DNA from: Pirellulales bacterium
Lineage (GTDB): Bacteria; Planctomycetota; Planctomycetia; Pirellulales; PALSA-1355
DNA length: 64,000 nucleotides
Direction: 5' to 3'
Assembly: GCA_963733035.1 (NCBI GenBank)
Contig: CAVTBU010000010.1
Coordinates: 96,001 to 160,000 of the forward strand
Shown here: piece after piece, positions 32,012 through 42,243 of the stretch
Position numbering within the stretch: the stretch's first letter is position 1
Layout: each line of letters begins with the position of its first letter
The notes under the pieces: generated by a model
The model's input: only the letters and a program-made list of their open reading frames with translations
What the model was told of the DNA's origin: nothing
Database searches by the model: none
Position numbers and translations under genes: made by a program

Positions 32012-32455
32012 TCAGCGCTTCTTGCCTGGCACGTTCGGGAATTCACAGAGCGGCTTGCTGGGGTTGGGGTCGGCGAGCAACTCCGCGACAGTCGAGGCGC
32101 GAAACGCTTTTTCCACGCCCGCCAGTGCATCATCCAGACGCCGATGCATGGGGCACAGGTTCACGCCGTGCGATTTGAGTCCCAGCGGGCAGGACTTGAT
32201 TCGCTGGACGGGGTCGACCGCCTCGATCACCTCCCAGACGGTGAGTTTCTTGGGTGCTTTCCGGAGGGTGAAGCCGCCGTGCAGGCCGCGCTGAGAGTGC
32301 ACCAGCCCGCCGCGGGCCAGGCTTTGCATGACTTTGGAGAGATATCCGGCCGGCACGCGCGTGGTGGCGGCGATTTGCTGCGTGGTTTGCGGAACGTCCT
32401 GTCCGGCCAGGTAGACGATGGCCCGCAGGGCGTATTCGGCGGTTTGCGAAATCAT
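32012..32455 (-). CDS. Rrf2-family transcriptional regulator (two-Cys type)
   Basis: MISQTAEYALRA, YLSKVMQSL, SQRGLHGGF, CPLGLKSHGVNLCPMH. Confidence 0.9.
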   Translation of the reverse strand: MISQTAEYALRAIVYLAGQDVPQTTQQIAATTRVPAGYLSKVMQSLARGGLVHSQRGLHGGFTLRKAPKKLTVWEVIEAVDPVQRIKSCPLGLKSHGVNLCPMHRRLDDALAGVEKAFRASTVAELLADPNPSKPLCEFPNVPGKKR

Positions 32456-32470
32456 GGCCGGCTCCGTTTC

Positions 32471-32513
32471 TGGATATCTGGACCTTGACATCCATAATAT
32501 CCACTGACACAAT
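32471..32513 (+). promoter_or_regulatory. Sigma70-type promoter inside a nested inverted repeat (candidate Rrf2 operator)
   Basis: TGGATAT-C-TGGA-[CCTTGACA]-TCCA-TA-ATATCCA; TTGACA 32485-32490, 17 nt, CACAAT with an extended TG. Confidence 0.55.
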
Positions 32514-32572
32514 CGGCTGCCAGAGGAATCGTATATGGCACCACGTTTGTTTGGTCCTTTTCTGGGAGGATA

Positions 32573-33121
32573 GTGGATATGAGGCGGAATCTAAGGATCG
32601 TGGCGTGCGGGGCGATGGCGGCCGGAGGCCTGGTGGCTTTGGCCGTGGCGGCCGACAAGGGCGCGCCTGTGGCCCAAGCAACGGCCACACCGGGCCCGGC
32701 ACTGTCGGTCGAACACGCGCGCCGCGAAGTTCGGATGCTCGATGACTTGTACAAAACGGCCATTGTCTACATGAACGACGTTTATGTCGAGGATGCCAAT
32801 AGCGTGGCGGCCGGGCAGACTGCCCGCGATATTTTTGCCGCGATGAAAGCCAAGGGCTGGCACGATGCCCGACTGGTCGATGCCACGGGCGAACCGGTGA
32901 ACGACGAGAACGAGCCGCAAAATGCGTTTGAAAAAGCGGCCGTGAAAAAAATCTTGGCTGGCGAGACGTACTACGATCAGGTTGTCAGCGAGGACGGACA
33001 CTCGTATTTGCGAGCGGCCACGCTGGTGCCGGCGGTGAACGAAAAGTGCATTCTCTGTCATCCGGGCCACAAGGTGGGCGATGTGCTCGGCATGGTGAGC
33101 TACAAGATTCCGCTCGAATGA
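32573..33121 (+). CDS. Exported DUF3365/Tll0287-like c-type heme protein
   Basis: Signal peptide; ARREVRMLDDLYK, NEPQNAFEK, single C-terminal CILCH (CxxCH). Confidence 0.75.
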   Translation: MDMRRNLRIVACGAMAAGGLVALAVAADKGAPVAQATATPGPALSVEHARREVRMLDDLYKTAIVYMNDVYVEDANSVAAGQTARDIFAAMKAKGWHDARLVDATGEPVNDENEPQNAFEKAAVKKILAGETYYDQVVSEDGHSYLRAATLVPAVNEKCILCHPGHKVGDVLGMVSYKIPLE

Positions 33122-33445
33122 GCGTTTGTCGGCGCGGTTGCCAAACGGAAACGCAGCCGCGCCGGCTTCTTTTTGCCGCGAACGGAATCGCGCTGGTCGC
33201 CCCTCCGAGCGAGTTGTGTGCTCGTGCCGCTCGTAAAACACCGAGTAAAACGCGTGCAATTGTGCAACAGTTGTTAAACCGCCGCGCTGCCTCTACAATA
33301 GGTTTTCGGGCGGTCGGCGACGGGGTGTTTTTGTTGCGGTGGCGGCCGCGTTCTCCTCACCGGCTATTGGACGCGCACTGCAAGGAATTTCACGGGCGTG
33401 CTCGGCGGCACATGGACGCCACCCGCCGGAACCGGCAGATTCTTC

Positions 33446-35042
33446 ATGAGTGACTTGTTTCACGAATGCGGCGTGGCCGCCGTTTATCACCTGCCGGGGC
33501 GGGGAGCTAGTGCGCTCTGTCCGGATCAGGGGCCGGAAGAGGTCTCACGACTTATTCCGCGGATGCTGCTTGATATTCAAAACCGCGGGCAGCTGTCCGC
33601 TGGCTTCACCACGTTCAATCCGCGCCGCAATCAACTGCTTGATACCTACAAGGATCTGGGCGGTGTCAGCGAGGTGTTTCGACTTAGCCATCGCGGCAAG
33701 TTCGAAAGTCTGATGCGAAAATACGCGGGCCGCGCCGCCATCGGCCAGGTGCGCTATGCGACCTGCGGTTCGGAAGACCGCAGCTACGCCCAGCCCTTCG
33801 AGCGGCACCACGTGCAAAAGCACAAATGGTTCAGCTTTGCGTTCAACGGCCAACTGGCGAATTACCAGGAACTGCGGCAGAACCTGCTGGCCGATAGCGA
33901 CAACTACCTGGCCCGCGATACCGACACTGAAATCATCATGCATGAGATCGGCCGCGAGTTGTCGGGCAATTTGCGGCCCAGCCTGATCGAGATCATGCGG
34001 TCAATCAGCACGCGGTTTGACGGGGCCTATTGCCTCGTGTTGCTGAACGCGTTGGGCGACATGCTCGTGGCGCGCGACCCGCTGGGCCTGCGGCCACTCT
34101 GTTATGCGATCGATGGCCCGCTGTTTGCCGCGGCCAGCGAAAGCGTGGCCCTGGTGAACCTGGGTTTTGCGCCCGAGAACATCAAATCGCTGCTTCCCGG
34201 CCAGGCGATTACGATCACCGAGGGGCAACTCGAAATCCAGAGCTTTGCCCGCAGCCCGCGGCGAGCCCATTGTTTTTTCGAGTGGATTTACTTCGCCAAC
34301 GTGGCCAGCACAATGGACGGTCGCAGCGTCTATCTGTCGCGCAAGGCACTGGGCGAAGAGCTGGCACGGCTGGAAACGGTGCCTATCGACGAGGATACGA
34401 TCGTCGTGCCGGTGCCCGACACCAGCAAGGCGGCGGCCGACTCGATGGCCTTCAAGCTGGGCATTCCCTCGCTCGAAGGGCTGATTCGCAATCGCTATAG
34501 CGGCCGTACGTTTATCGAGGGGAGTGGCAACCGCAAGCGTAAAGCCGAAACCAAGTACACGCCGCTCCGCGAGGTACTCGAGGGAAAACGCGTGATCCTG
34601 GTCGAGGACTCCATCGTCCGGTCGACGACGATGAAGGTGCTGATCAAGCGGATTCGCGAAATGGGGCACGCCCGGGAGATTCACGTTCGCGTGGCCTGTC
34701 CGCCGATCGTCGCGCCATGCTTCTACGGCATTGACATGTCGACGATCAGCGAACTGTTCGCGCCTCATTTTCTCAAGGGCGGCCCGCTCACCGAGCAAAC
34801 CCAGGATGAAATGGCTCGTGCCCTGGAGGCCGACTCGCTCCGTTACTTGCCGGTTGAGTCGATTGCCCGCGCTATCGGTTTCGACGCCGACCAACTCTGC
34901 CAGGCCTGCCTGACCGGGGAGTACCCGTCGCCGGCCGGCCGGGCCCTGTACCAAATCGCGCTCGAGCACAATCAAAACGGGCAGGATCGAGCGCACCTAC
35001 GAAAGCCAGGTGGCCGTCACCGCGGAGCGGGCGCCGAGCTAG
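33446..35042 (+). CDS. purF: Amidophosphoribosyltransferase (probable frameshift ~34985 near the C-terminus)
   Basis: HECG Ntn nucleophile, [45 protein letters not shown]; the shifted frame gives RTYESQ..stop 35042 and removes most of the overlap with trmB. Confidence 0.92.
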
Positions 35043-35684
35043 CCTCTTTCAGAAACTCCGCACGGTACACCGGCTGGCTGTGCAGTCGCATGCGGCGCTC
35101 GAAGTGCGTGCGGTAGTCGAGATCGTGATCGGCCGGCTTTTCCTGGACTTCGTGCGGACCGGACAGGCCGGTGTGTTCGGCGATGGTTTCCAACGCGGCG
35201 TGAAAATACTCCTCGACGTCGGTCCAGAAATGCAGTCGGCCAGTGGGTACGAGCACGCGTTCGACGTCCTTGAGAAAACGCTCGTTCATCACCCGCCGCT
35301 TCTTGTGCCGAGCTTTCCACCACGGGTCGGGAAAGTAGACGTGCACGGCACGGACCGAATTGCCGATGAGCCAATCGCGAAAGAAATATTGTGCGTCGCC
35401 GTGCATGATGCGGGCATTGGAAATCTCGCGCTTGGCCAGCCGGGCGGCGATGAAGCGGGCATACTTGTGCATGATTTCGATGCCCAGGAAGTTGGCGCTG
35501 GGATCGCCCTCCGCGGCAGCGCTCAAAAACAAGCCCTTGCCGCTGCCGACTTCGATCTCCAGCGGCGCATTGCGCCAAAGTGTTCGGCCGGCTGAAACGG
35601 TCGCGGTAATTCCTCGCCGAGCGTCAGCAGGTGACGCGACAGGTCGAGCGCCGGATCAATTCGACGAAGTGCTCTGCGGCCCAT
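35017..35684 (-). CDS. trmB: tRNA (guanine-N7)-methyltransferase, frameshift ~35575
   Basis: [15 protein letters not shown].. then [41 protein letters not shown]. Confidence 0.9.
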
Positions 35685-35726
35685 CGCTAGATAATGTCCC
35701 TTTGCCGTTGCTGGCCCGATGCGTGC

Positions 35727-36548
35727 TTAGAAGCGACGCGCTTCGTCGTCGGGCGAAGTGAAATCGAAGTGCTTTTTAATTTCCTCGGCCCACGAGGTAC
35801 CGGGCGGCGGAGCACCGAACGAAAGAATTGGCATCAAGAACGCTCCGGCGGCGAAACCGCCAATGTGCGCCCAGACGGCCACGCCGAGGTCCTGCTGGAA
35901 GAATGCGTCGACTAGTTGTCCGCCGAGCCAAAACAGCAGCCAGAGGATGGCCGGCACTTCGATGACCGTGATGAAGCCGAAGAACACCAGCGTGCTGACC
36001 GTGGCCTTGGGATAGGTAACGGCATAAGCACCCAGCACCGTTGACACCGCGCCGCTGGCGCCGATAACCGGCACCGCGCTCTGCGGATCGTAGGCCCAGT
36101 GGCAGGCCGAAGCCAATAGCCCGCCGACCATGTAAAAGATCAAATACAGCACGTGTCCCAGCCGGTCTTCGATGTTGTTGCCGAAGATCCACAGAAACCA
36201 CATGTTGCCGGCCAGATGCATCCAGCTGCCATGCAAAAACATGCAAGTGACGAGCGTGACCGCGATGCTCGCCGGGTCGGGTTGAAAGGCGACCTTGGCC
36301 ACGGGACGCTGCACGATCTGGCCGTTGCCGAGGCCCACCTGCTCGACAATCGGCACCTCGACCTTCAGGTTGGGGTTGTTGATCTGTGCGATCCGCGCGG
36401 GCACGAAGCCGTGCGTGATGTCGAACCGCTGTTGCTGGACGGGGTCGAGCGTGCTCAGGTAGAGCATGACCAGAGTATTCAAGGCCACCAGAGCATAGGT
36501 GACAAAGGGCGTGCTAAAGATCGGATTGTGGTCTTTGAGCGGAAACAT
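35727..36548 (-). CDS. Rhomboid-family intramembrane serine protease
   Basis: MFPLKD, MFLHGSWMHLAGNM, GASG, WAHIGGF. Confidence 0.92.
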   Translation of the reverse strand: MFPLKDHNPIFSTPFVTYALVALNTLVMLYLSTLDPVQQQRFDITHGFVPARIAQINNPNLKVEVPIVEQVGLGNGQIVQRPVAKVAFQPDPASIAVTLVTCMFLHGSWMHLAGNMWFLWIFGNNIEDRLGHVLYLIFYMVGGLLASACHWAYDPQSAVPVIGASGAVSTVLGAYAVTYPKATVSTLVFFGFITVIEVPAILWLLFWLGGQLVDAFFQQDLGVAVWAHIGGFAAGAFLMPILSFGAPPPGTSWAEEIKKHFDFTSPDDEARRF

Positions 36549-36624
36549 GACCGGACCAGGGGGCCCCGAAATAGCGTGTCAAACGATGGGGGCCACTCCG
36601 CTTGTCCGACGGCGGCCGCGAGTC

Positions 36625-37164
36625 TTAGCTGGCGGCATCGGCCGGGTTGGTTAGTGCATCGACTGGCAGCGGAATGCCCTTGATCTTGCCGTCGGCGACC
36701 ATGATTTGGCCGACAAACGCTTGGAATCGGCAAACGATAATGGCCCCGGGCCGCACCTTTATCATTTTACACACGATCACCAGCCGGTCCCCCACGCGCA
36801 CCGGGTCGCGAAACCGCACGTCTTCCAGCCCGCCGAACCCCACCACTTTGCAATCACCCAGCAGCTTGTGCTTGTGGGCGAAGTAGCTGCACATCTGGGC
36901 GGCCGACTCGCAGATGAGCACGCCGGGCATCAGCGGCATGCCGGGCATATGTCCGCGGACCCAGAATTCGTGGTCGGTAATGTCCTTGTAGCCCGCACAA
37001 ACCTTGCGGTCATAGTCGTCGAAACAGATGGCCGTGAGTTGCTCCATTTCGAACCGCTGCGGATTGTAGCGGCGGATTTCATCCAAGTCGGCGACGACCC
37101 GGTTGAAATCGATCTCGGACAGATCGAGGAGCAACTCTTTCGACACGACCATTCTCTCCGACAA
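36625..37164 (-). CDS. FabZ/FabA-family 3-hydroxyacyl-ACP dehydratase
   Basis: NPQRFEM, FWVRGHMPGMPLMPGVLICE, VRFRDPVRVGD hotdog-fold motifs. Confidence 0.85.
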   Translation of the reverse strand: MSERMVVSKELLLDLSEIDFNRVVADLDEIRRYNPQRFEMEQLTAICFDDYDRKVCAGYKDITDHEFWVRGHMPGMPLMPGVLICESAAQMCSYFAHKHKLLGDCKVVGFGGLEDVRFRDPVRVGDRLVIVCKMIKVRPGAIIVCRFQAFVGQIMVADGKIKGIPLPVDALTNPADAAS

Positions 37165-37409
37165 CTTTCTGCAGATGGTGTAGAGGCTTCAGGCCGCGCA
37201 TTCTAGCCCCTGCTCACAGCTCGGGCAACTTCGAGTGCGCTGAGGATGCGCGGTTCAGCGCACGGTGCACAACCTCGTCCACCGCAAAGAGTTGGCAAGA
37301 GCGCATGCGTGAGAGCCAGGAAAAGACGACGCGGGGGGGAGTGGCTGGTAGACGAAAGCAGCCGCTGGGACCTCGGGGGCTCGATTCAGCCCCGTGAGGT
37401 GCTGACCGC

Positions 37410-37508
37410 TCAGGTGCGGATGTCTTTCCGCTTCAGTCGACGCGCCTTGCTGTTGGCGGGCCGCTTGCCGTGGTTGGCTTTCTTCAACTTGCGATGGGGT
37501 TTGGCCAT
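37410..37508 (-). CDS. Small basic protein, bL37-like 50S ribosomal protein (32 aa)
   Basis: MAKPHRKLKKANHGKRPANSKARRLKRKDIRT; KANHGKRP matches the core of mycobacterial bL37; below the ORF-track size cutoff. Confidence 0.72.
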   Translation of the reverse strand: MAKPHRKLKKANHGKRPANSKARRLKRKDIRT

Positions 37509-37802
37509 GAGTGCATTCTCGTACGGAGCAACCGGGAAACGCTCTATTATAGAAATCCCGTCGGAAGTTGCTAGGCGTGCCCTCGGCGAAACCGGAATTC
37601 GGGCTGTCAACCAGGTTGGCATCGACTGCTGGCACCGACCTACCGTCATTTTGGGTCCCGGGCAACGCGGATTGACCGAGTTGGGGGTTTTCGGTACAAG
37701 TCCCGCCACTTTTCCCGTGCCCGGCGCACTTTTGCGGGGGCCGAGCAGCGTACTCATTTCGCCCTGCGCGGCAAGAATTGTCGCGGTTCGAAGGTTCCAC
37801 GG

Positions 37803-39215
37803 ATGGACACTGTCAATCAGGTGACGGCTCGCGCTGCCGAGCTGTTTAAAGCGATGAACCCCACCGCGCGGCTGCTGGCTGCGCTGTCGGCGGCTCTGAT
37901 CGTGGTGAGCCTGATCTGGCTGTTTGGCCGGCACTTGGAGCCGAGCGAAGTTTACCTGATGGGGGGCCAACCGTTTTCTCCCGCCCAGCTGCGGCACATG
38001 GAAAGCGCTCTCGGTCAGGCGGGCCTCGGCGACTATGAAGTCGAAGGTACGCGGATGCGCGTGCCGCAAGGGCAACAGGCAAAATACATGGCTGCCCTGG
38101 CCGAGGCCGGCGCGCTACCGGCCGACTTTGGCGAGTATCTGCAAAAGGCCGTCAATACCAGCAGCTTTATGCTCTCCGGCCCGCGGCAAGAGGCTCAACT
38201 CAAAGTCGCCATCCAGAGTGAATTGCAGGGGGTGATCAACAACTTCCATGGCATCGAGCGCTCGTCCGTGCAGATTGCCGAAGAGACCAGCCAGGGATTT
38301 CCCCGCACGAAAACTGTTACCGCCTCGGTCGGCGTCCAGCCCAACGGCAAGCAGAAGCTCGACGAACGAACCGTTTCGGCCATCCGTTGGATCGTGGCCA
38401 GCGCCTGGGGCGGGCTCAAGCCCGAGAGTGTGACGGTTGTCGACTGGAGCAGCTCGCGGCTGTTTGCCGGCCCGCTCGACGGCAACGGCCCGGCCGCGGG
38501 TGCCTACGCGGACAACAAGAAGCAACTCGAACTCGATTGGGAAGAGAAGATTGTCCGGTTACTCGGAATCGCCGGTGCCGTCGTTACGGCCAATGTCGAA
38601 CTGAGCGACGATGGACATGCACCGCGTCAGGTCTCGGTGTCGGTCGCCGTCCCGCAAGCCTACTTTGAAGCCGTGTGGCAAGAGCAGTACGGCGCGCCGG
38701 CCGGCAAACGACCGTTGAAGCTCGATCCGGCGGCCTTCGCCCAACTCCAACAGAGCGAGAGCGAACGAATCAAGCAGGCGATCGTCCCTCTGTTGGTGAC
38801 GGCCGATTCGGCGGTGGATCGAGATTCGCTGGTCGCCGTGAGCACGATTTACGCCGCAGCCGCGCCAGCCGCGGCACAACCCGGCTACCAACAGGTGGCA
38901 CTCGCCTGGCTGGCCGAGAACTGGCGAGCGGTCGGAGTGGGCGTTTTGATTCTGGTCGGATTGGTGATGTTGCGATCTGCGTTCGGCGCGGCCGATCCAA
39001 CGCCTGCGGTGCAAAACGAGTCGCCGGACGGCAATCAGCAGTCGCTAGTACTTGTGACGGACGATGAACACGAGCCATCGTCGACAGGCGGTGCGCCGAT
39101 TCCGCCGCCGCACATTCCTGCCGAGGCGCGGCGGGCCGAGCTGGCCGAAATGATTCGCCAGGATCCGGAGGCCGCCGCAAGCGTGCTTCGAACCTGGCTA
39201 GGCAACGCGAGCTAA
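37803..39215 (+). CDS. fliF: Flagellar MS-ring protein FliF, shortened (beta-collar apparently absent)
   Basis: TM1, ring-building motifs (MRVPQGQQAKYMAALAEAGALP; TASVGV; GLKPESVTVVD), TM2, C-terminal IRQDPEAAASVLRTWL; first gene before fliG-fliH-fliI. Confidence 0.8.
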   Translation: MDTVNQVTARAAELFKAMNPTARLLAALSAALIVVSLIWLFGRHLEPSEVYLMGGQPFSPAQLRHMESALGQAGLGDYEVEGTRMRVPQGQQAKYMAALAEAGALPADFGEYLQKAVNTSSFMLSGPRQEAQLKVAIQSELQGVINNFHGIERSSVQIAEETSQGFPRTKTVTASVGVQPNGKQKLDERTVSAIRWIVASAWGGLKPESVTVVDWSSSRLFAGPLDGNGPAAGAYADNKKQLELDWEEKIVRLLGIAGAVVTANVELSDDGHAPRQVSVSVAVPQAYFEAVWQEQYGAPAGKRPLKLDPAAFAQLQQSESERIKQAIVPLLVTADSAVDRDSLVAVSTIYAAAAPAAAQPGYQQVALAWLAENWRAVGVGVLILVGLVMLRSAFGAADPTPAVQNESPDGNQQSLVLVTDDEHEPSSTGGAPIPPPHIPAEARRAELAEMIRQDPEAAASVLRTWLGNAS

Positions 39216-39218
39216 CCC

Positions 39219-40208
39219 ATGACGACGACAGAGCGCAACGTCCGCAAAGCGGCCATCTTGCTGGCCTGCCTCGACGACGAGCATGCTGAAACGCTGTTGC
39301 GCCAAATGTCGCCGGCGCAAGACCATGTGTTGCGTCAAGCCGTGGAACTTCTGGGCGAGATTGACCGGGCGGAACAGGAAGACGTGATCGAGGAGTTTTT
39401 CCGCGTCGGGCTCTTGATACCGGATTCTGACCTGGCCGGTATTGAACTCGATGCGCAGCTACCGCACACACTGACGCTTGGTATCACGGAGGCCAGTACG
39501 ACCGGGGCCACGCCGTTTCGCTTCCTGCATGAAGCCCCCCCGCATAAGCTCGTGCCGTTTTTGGAGCGTGAGCATCCGCAAACAGTGGCGGTTGTCGTGT
39601 CTCACCTGCCAGCCGATCGCGCCGCCGAAATCCTGGCGCATCTGCCCGGCGAGTTGCAGATCGACGTGGCCCGCCGGCTGGTCGACCTTGAGGAGACGGA
39701 TCCCGAGGTTTTGCAGGAAGTCGAACGGGGGCTTGAGTCGTGGTTGTGCTCACAAATTCACGGTGATCGTCCCAAGCGAGACGGCGTGTCGGCGCTGGCA
39801 AACATCCTGAGCGCCGCCGACCCTCAGGCACGACATCACATACTGTCGAACCTTGCCCGGCATGACCGGCGGCTGGCCGAAAAGTTGGAAGCACCGGCCG
39901 CGCCTCCGCTTTCGTTTGCGGATTTAGAGTGCATGGATTCGGCGTCGCTGGCCGTTGTTTTGCATCACGCCGAACGCGAGTTGTTGGTATTAGCTTTGGC
40001 CGGCGCCGGCCCCGAATTCTGCGAGCGAGCGCAGAGCCTGTTGGGTGGCCAGGGGATGGCGATACGACAGGCTCTACGTCATCTGGGGCCGACACGGCTC
40101 AGCGACGTCGAGGAAGCCCAGCGTCAATTGGCCGAACTGGCTCGATATCTGGAACAACGTGGCGAAATCGTGCCCGAGGTGCGTGGGCGATTGAGCCTGG
40201 CAATTTAA
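39219..40208 (+). CDS. fliG: Divergent FliG-family protein
   Basis: RKAAILL, PFRFL, EHPQTVAVVVSHL, DGVSALANIL, LGPTRLSDVEEAQ. Confidence 0.88.
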   Translation: MTTTERNVRKAAILLACLDDEHAETLLRQMSPAQDHVLRQAVELLGEIDRAEQEDVIEEFFRVGLLIPDSDLAGIELDAQLPHTLTLGITEASTTGATPFRFLHEAPPHKLVPFLEREHPQTVAVVVSHLPADRAAEILAHLPGELQIDVARRLVDLEETDPEVLQEVERGLESWLCSQIHGDRPKRDGVSALANILSAADPQARHHILSNLARHDRRLAEKLEAPAAPPLSFADLECMDSASLAVVLHHAERELLVLALAGAGPEFCERAQSLLGGQGMAIRQALRHLGPTRLSDVEEAQRQLAELARYLEQRGEIVPEVRGRLSLAI

Positions 40209-40237
40209 CGCTAAACTCTTTCTTTGGTGATTGACGC

Positions 40238-40891
40238 ATGCCACGCGTACTGAAAGCTCCACCCACATCCGAGGCGATGGAGTTTTTGACATTTGCCTTT
40301 GACGACTTGGAGGAGTCGGCTCGTTCGCAACTCGAAGCGGCGCGTCGCGAAGCCGCCGAACTGCTGACCGCGGCTCGCCAGGAAGCCGAGCAATTGCGCC
40401 GACAAGCCGAGGAGGACGGTCGCGCTGCGGCCGGCCAGGCGATCGAACAAATCATTGCCGAGCGGGTTGCCACGCAAGTGGCAACGACCATGCCGGCGCT
40501 CGATCAGGCGGTTGCCGACCTGCGCGCCGCCAAAGCCGACTGTCTGGTTCGTTGGGAAGAAGCCGCGCTAGGCGTGGCCACGGCGATTGCCGCTCGCGTC
40601 ATTCGCCGTGAGGTCTCCCATTCGCCGGAAATCAGTTTGTCGCTCGTTCGTGAGTCGCTCGAACTGGCGGCCGGGAGCACCGATTTGCAGTTGCGCATGC
40701 ACCCCGACGACCTGGCAGTGCTCGGGGCGGAGGTTGAAGATCTGCTTGGTCAACTTGTGCGTAGTGGCGAGAGGGCGCTCGTGGCGGATGCCACGATCAC
40801 GCGCGGGGGCTGCCGCGTTGACACGCGTTCGGGCAGCATCGACCAGCAATTCGAGGCCCAATTGGCCCGCATCGAACAGGAACTGCGTTAG
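40238..40891 (+). CDS. fliH: FliH/SctL ATPase stator stalk
   Basis: Ala/Glu-rich helix, LRMHPDDL, DATITRGGCRVDTRSGSID. Confidence 0.88.
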   Translation: MPRVLKAPPTSEAMEFLTFAFDDLEESARSQLEAARREAAELLTAARQEAEQLRRQAEEDGRAAAGQAIEQIIAERVATQVATTMPALDQAVADLRAAKADCLVRWEEAALGVATAIAARVIRREVSHSPEISLSLVRESLELAAGSTDLQLRMHPDDLAVLGAEVEDLLGQLVRSGERALVADATITRGGCRVDTRSGSIDQQFEAQLARIEQELR

Positions 40892-40917
40892 TAATTCACC
40901 GCCGAGGACTTTCGCCG

Positions 40918-42243
40918 ATGCCACTGCTGCTCGACAACCTCCACGCTCGGCTGCGCGAAATGGTGCCGGCCGACTTGCGCGGCCGCATCGTGCGTACGTC
41001 GGGGTTGACGGCCGCCGTCGCCGGGTTTCCGGCACCAGTCGGATCGCTGGTAAGCATCGAGCGGCACTCGGGCGAGCCGCTATCTGCGGAAGTGATCGGG
41101 TTTGTCGATGATTTGACCCTGGTTTCGTTGCTCGACCGAGCGCAAGGTCTCAGGCACGGTGACCACGTTAGGTTGGTGAAAACCTCGCGATGGATTCGCG
41201 TCGGTGACGGATTGTTGGGCCGCGTGATCGACGCCCGCGGAAAGTGCATCGACGGTTCGCCACAGCCGGCACTCGAGCACCGCGCTCCGCTCGAGCGAAC
41301 CGCACCGTCGGCCATCTGCCGCCCGCGTATCGATGAGTCCATTTCGACGGGTGTGCGCGCGATCGACGGCTTGCTCACCTGCGGCAAAGGTCAACGGCTG
41401 GGCATCTTTGCCGGATCGGGCGTCGGCAAGAGCATGACACTCGGCATGATCGCTCGATATACGACGGCGGATGTGAACGTCGTGGCGCTCGTCGGCGAGC
41501 GCGGCCGAGAGGTGAACGAGTTCCTGCAGCGCGACCTGGGGCCTGGGCTGGCCAAGAGCGTTGTCGTGGTAGCCACCAGCGATGAACCGGCATTGGCGCG
41601 CGTGCAGGCGGCGCTGGTTGCAACCACAGTGGCCGAATTCTTTCGCGATCAGGGAAACGACGTGCTGTTGATGATGGATTCGCTCACGCGGCTGGCGCTC
41701 GCGCAACGCGAGATTGGTCTGGCCGCCGGCGAGCCGCCCACGACGCGCGGTTTCCCACCGTCGACATTCGCGCTATTGCCGCGGTTGCTCGAACGGGCCG
41801 GCCGCACGGAGCAGGGGAGTATCACCGGGCTTTACTCGGTGCTCGTCGAAGGGGACGACCCCCAGGAACCCATCGCCGACACGACGCGCGGTTTGCTCGA
41901 TGGGCACATCTGGTTGTCGCGAGCGCTGGCCGCGGCGGGGCACTATCCTGCGATCGACGTGCTGGAAAGCGTGAGCCGCTCGATGCATGACGTTGTCGAC
42001 GACGATCATCGGCAAGCCGCCCTGGAAGTCCGCCGTCTGTTGGCCACCTATCGTCAACATGAGGACCTGATCGCCGTCGGGGCTTATCGCCAGGGAACCA
42101 ACGCCAACGTCGATCGGGCGATCGCACTGCGAGACGAGATTCACACCTTGCTTCAGCAGCGCGTGGATCAGCGCGCAAGCGTGTCGCAGGCCAAGGAAGC
42201 TCTCGTTCGGCTGGCCGCCCGGGCTACGCAGGATGCGCCATGA
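40918..42243 (+). CDS. fliI: FliI/SctN export ATPase
   Basis: GQRLGIFAGSGVGKS, GERGREV, LLMMDSLTR, GEPPTTRGFPP, LDGHIWLSR. Confidence 0.95.
   Translation: MPLLLDNLHARLREMVPADLRGRIVRTSGLTAAVAGFPAPVGSLVSIERHSGEPLSAEVIGFVDDLTLVSLLDRAQGLRHGDHVRLVKTSRWIRVGDGLLGRVIDARGKCIDGSPQPALEHRAPLERTAPSAICRPRIDESISTGVRAIDGLLTCGKGQRLGIFAGSGVGKSMTLGMIARYTTADVNVVALVGERGREVNEFLQRDLGPGLAKSVVVVATSDEPALARVQAALVATTVAEFFRDQGNDVLLMMDSLTRLALAQREIGLAAGEPPTTRGFPPSTFALLPRLLERAGRTEQGSITGLYSVLVEGDDPQEPIADTTRGLLDGHIWLSRALAAAGHYPAIDVLESVSRSMHDVVDDDHRQAALEVRRLLATYRQHEDLIAVGAYRQGTNANVDRAIALRDEIHTLLQQRVDQRASVSQAKEALVRLAARATQDAP

Noticed and set aside
33740..33765. PurF GQVRY instead of GHVRY
   Set aside because: One base (CAG versus CAC) in an error-prone assembly; all other motifs are intact
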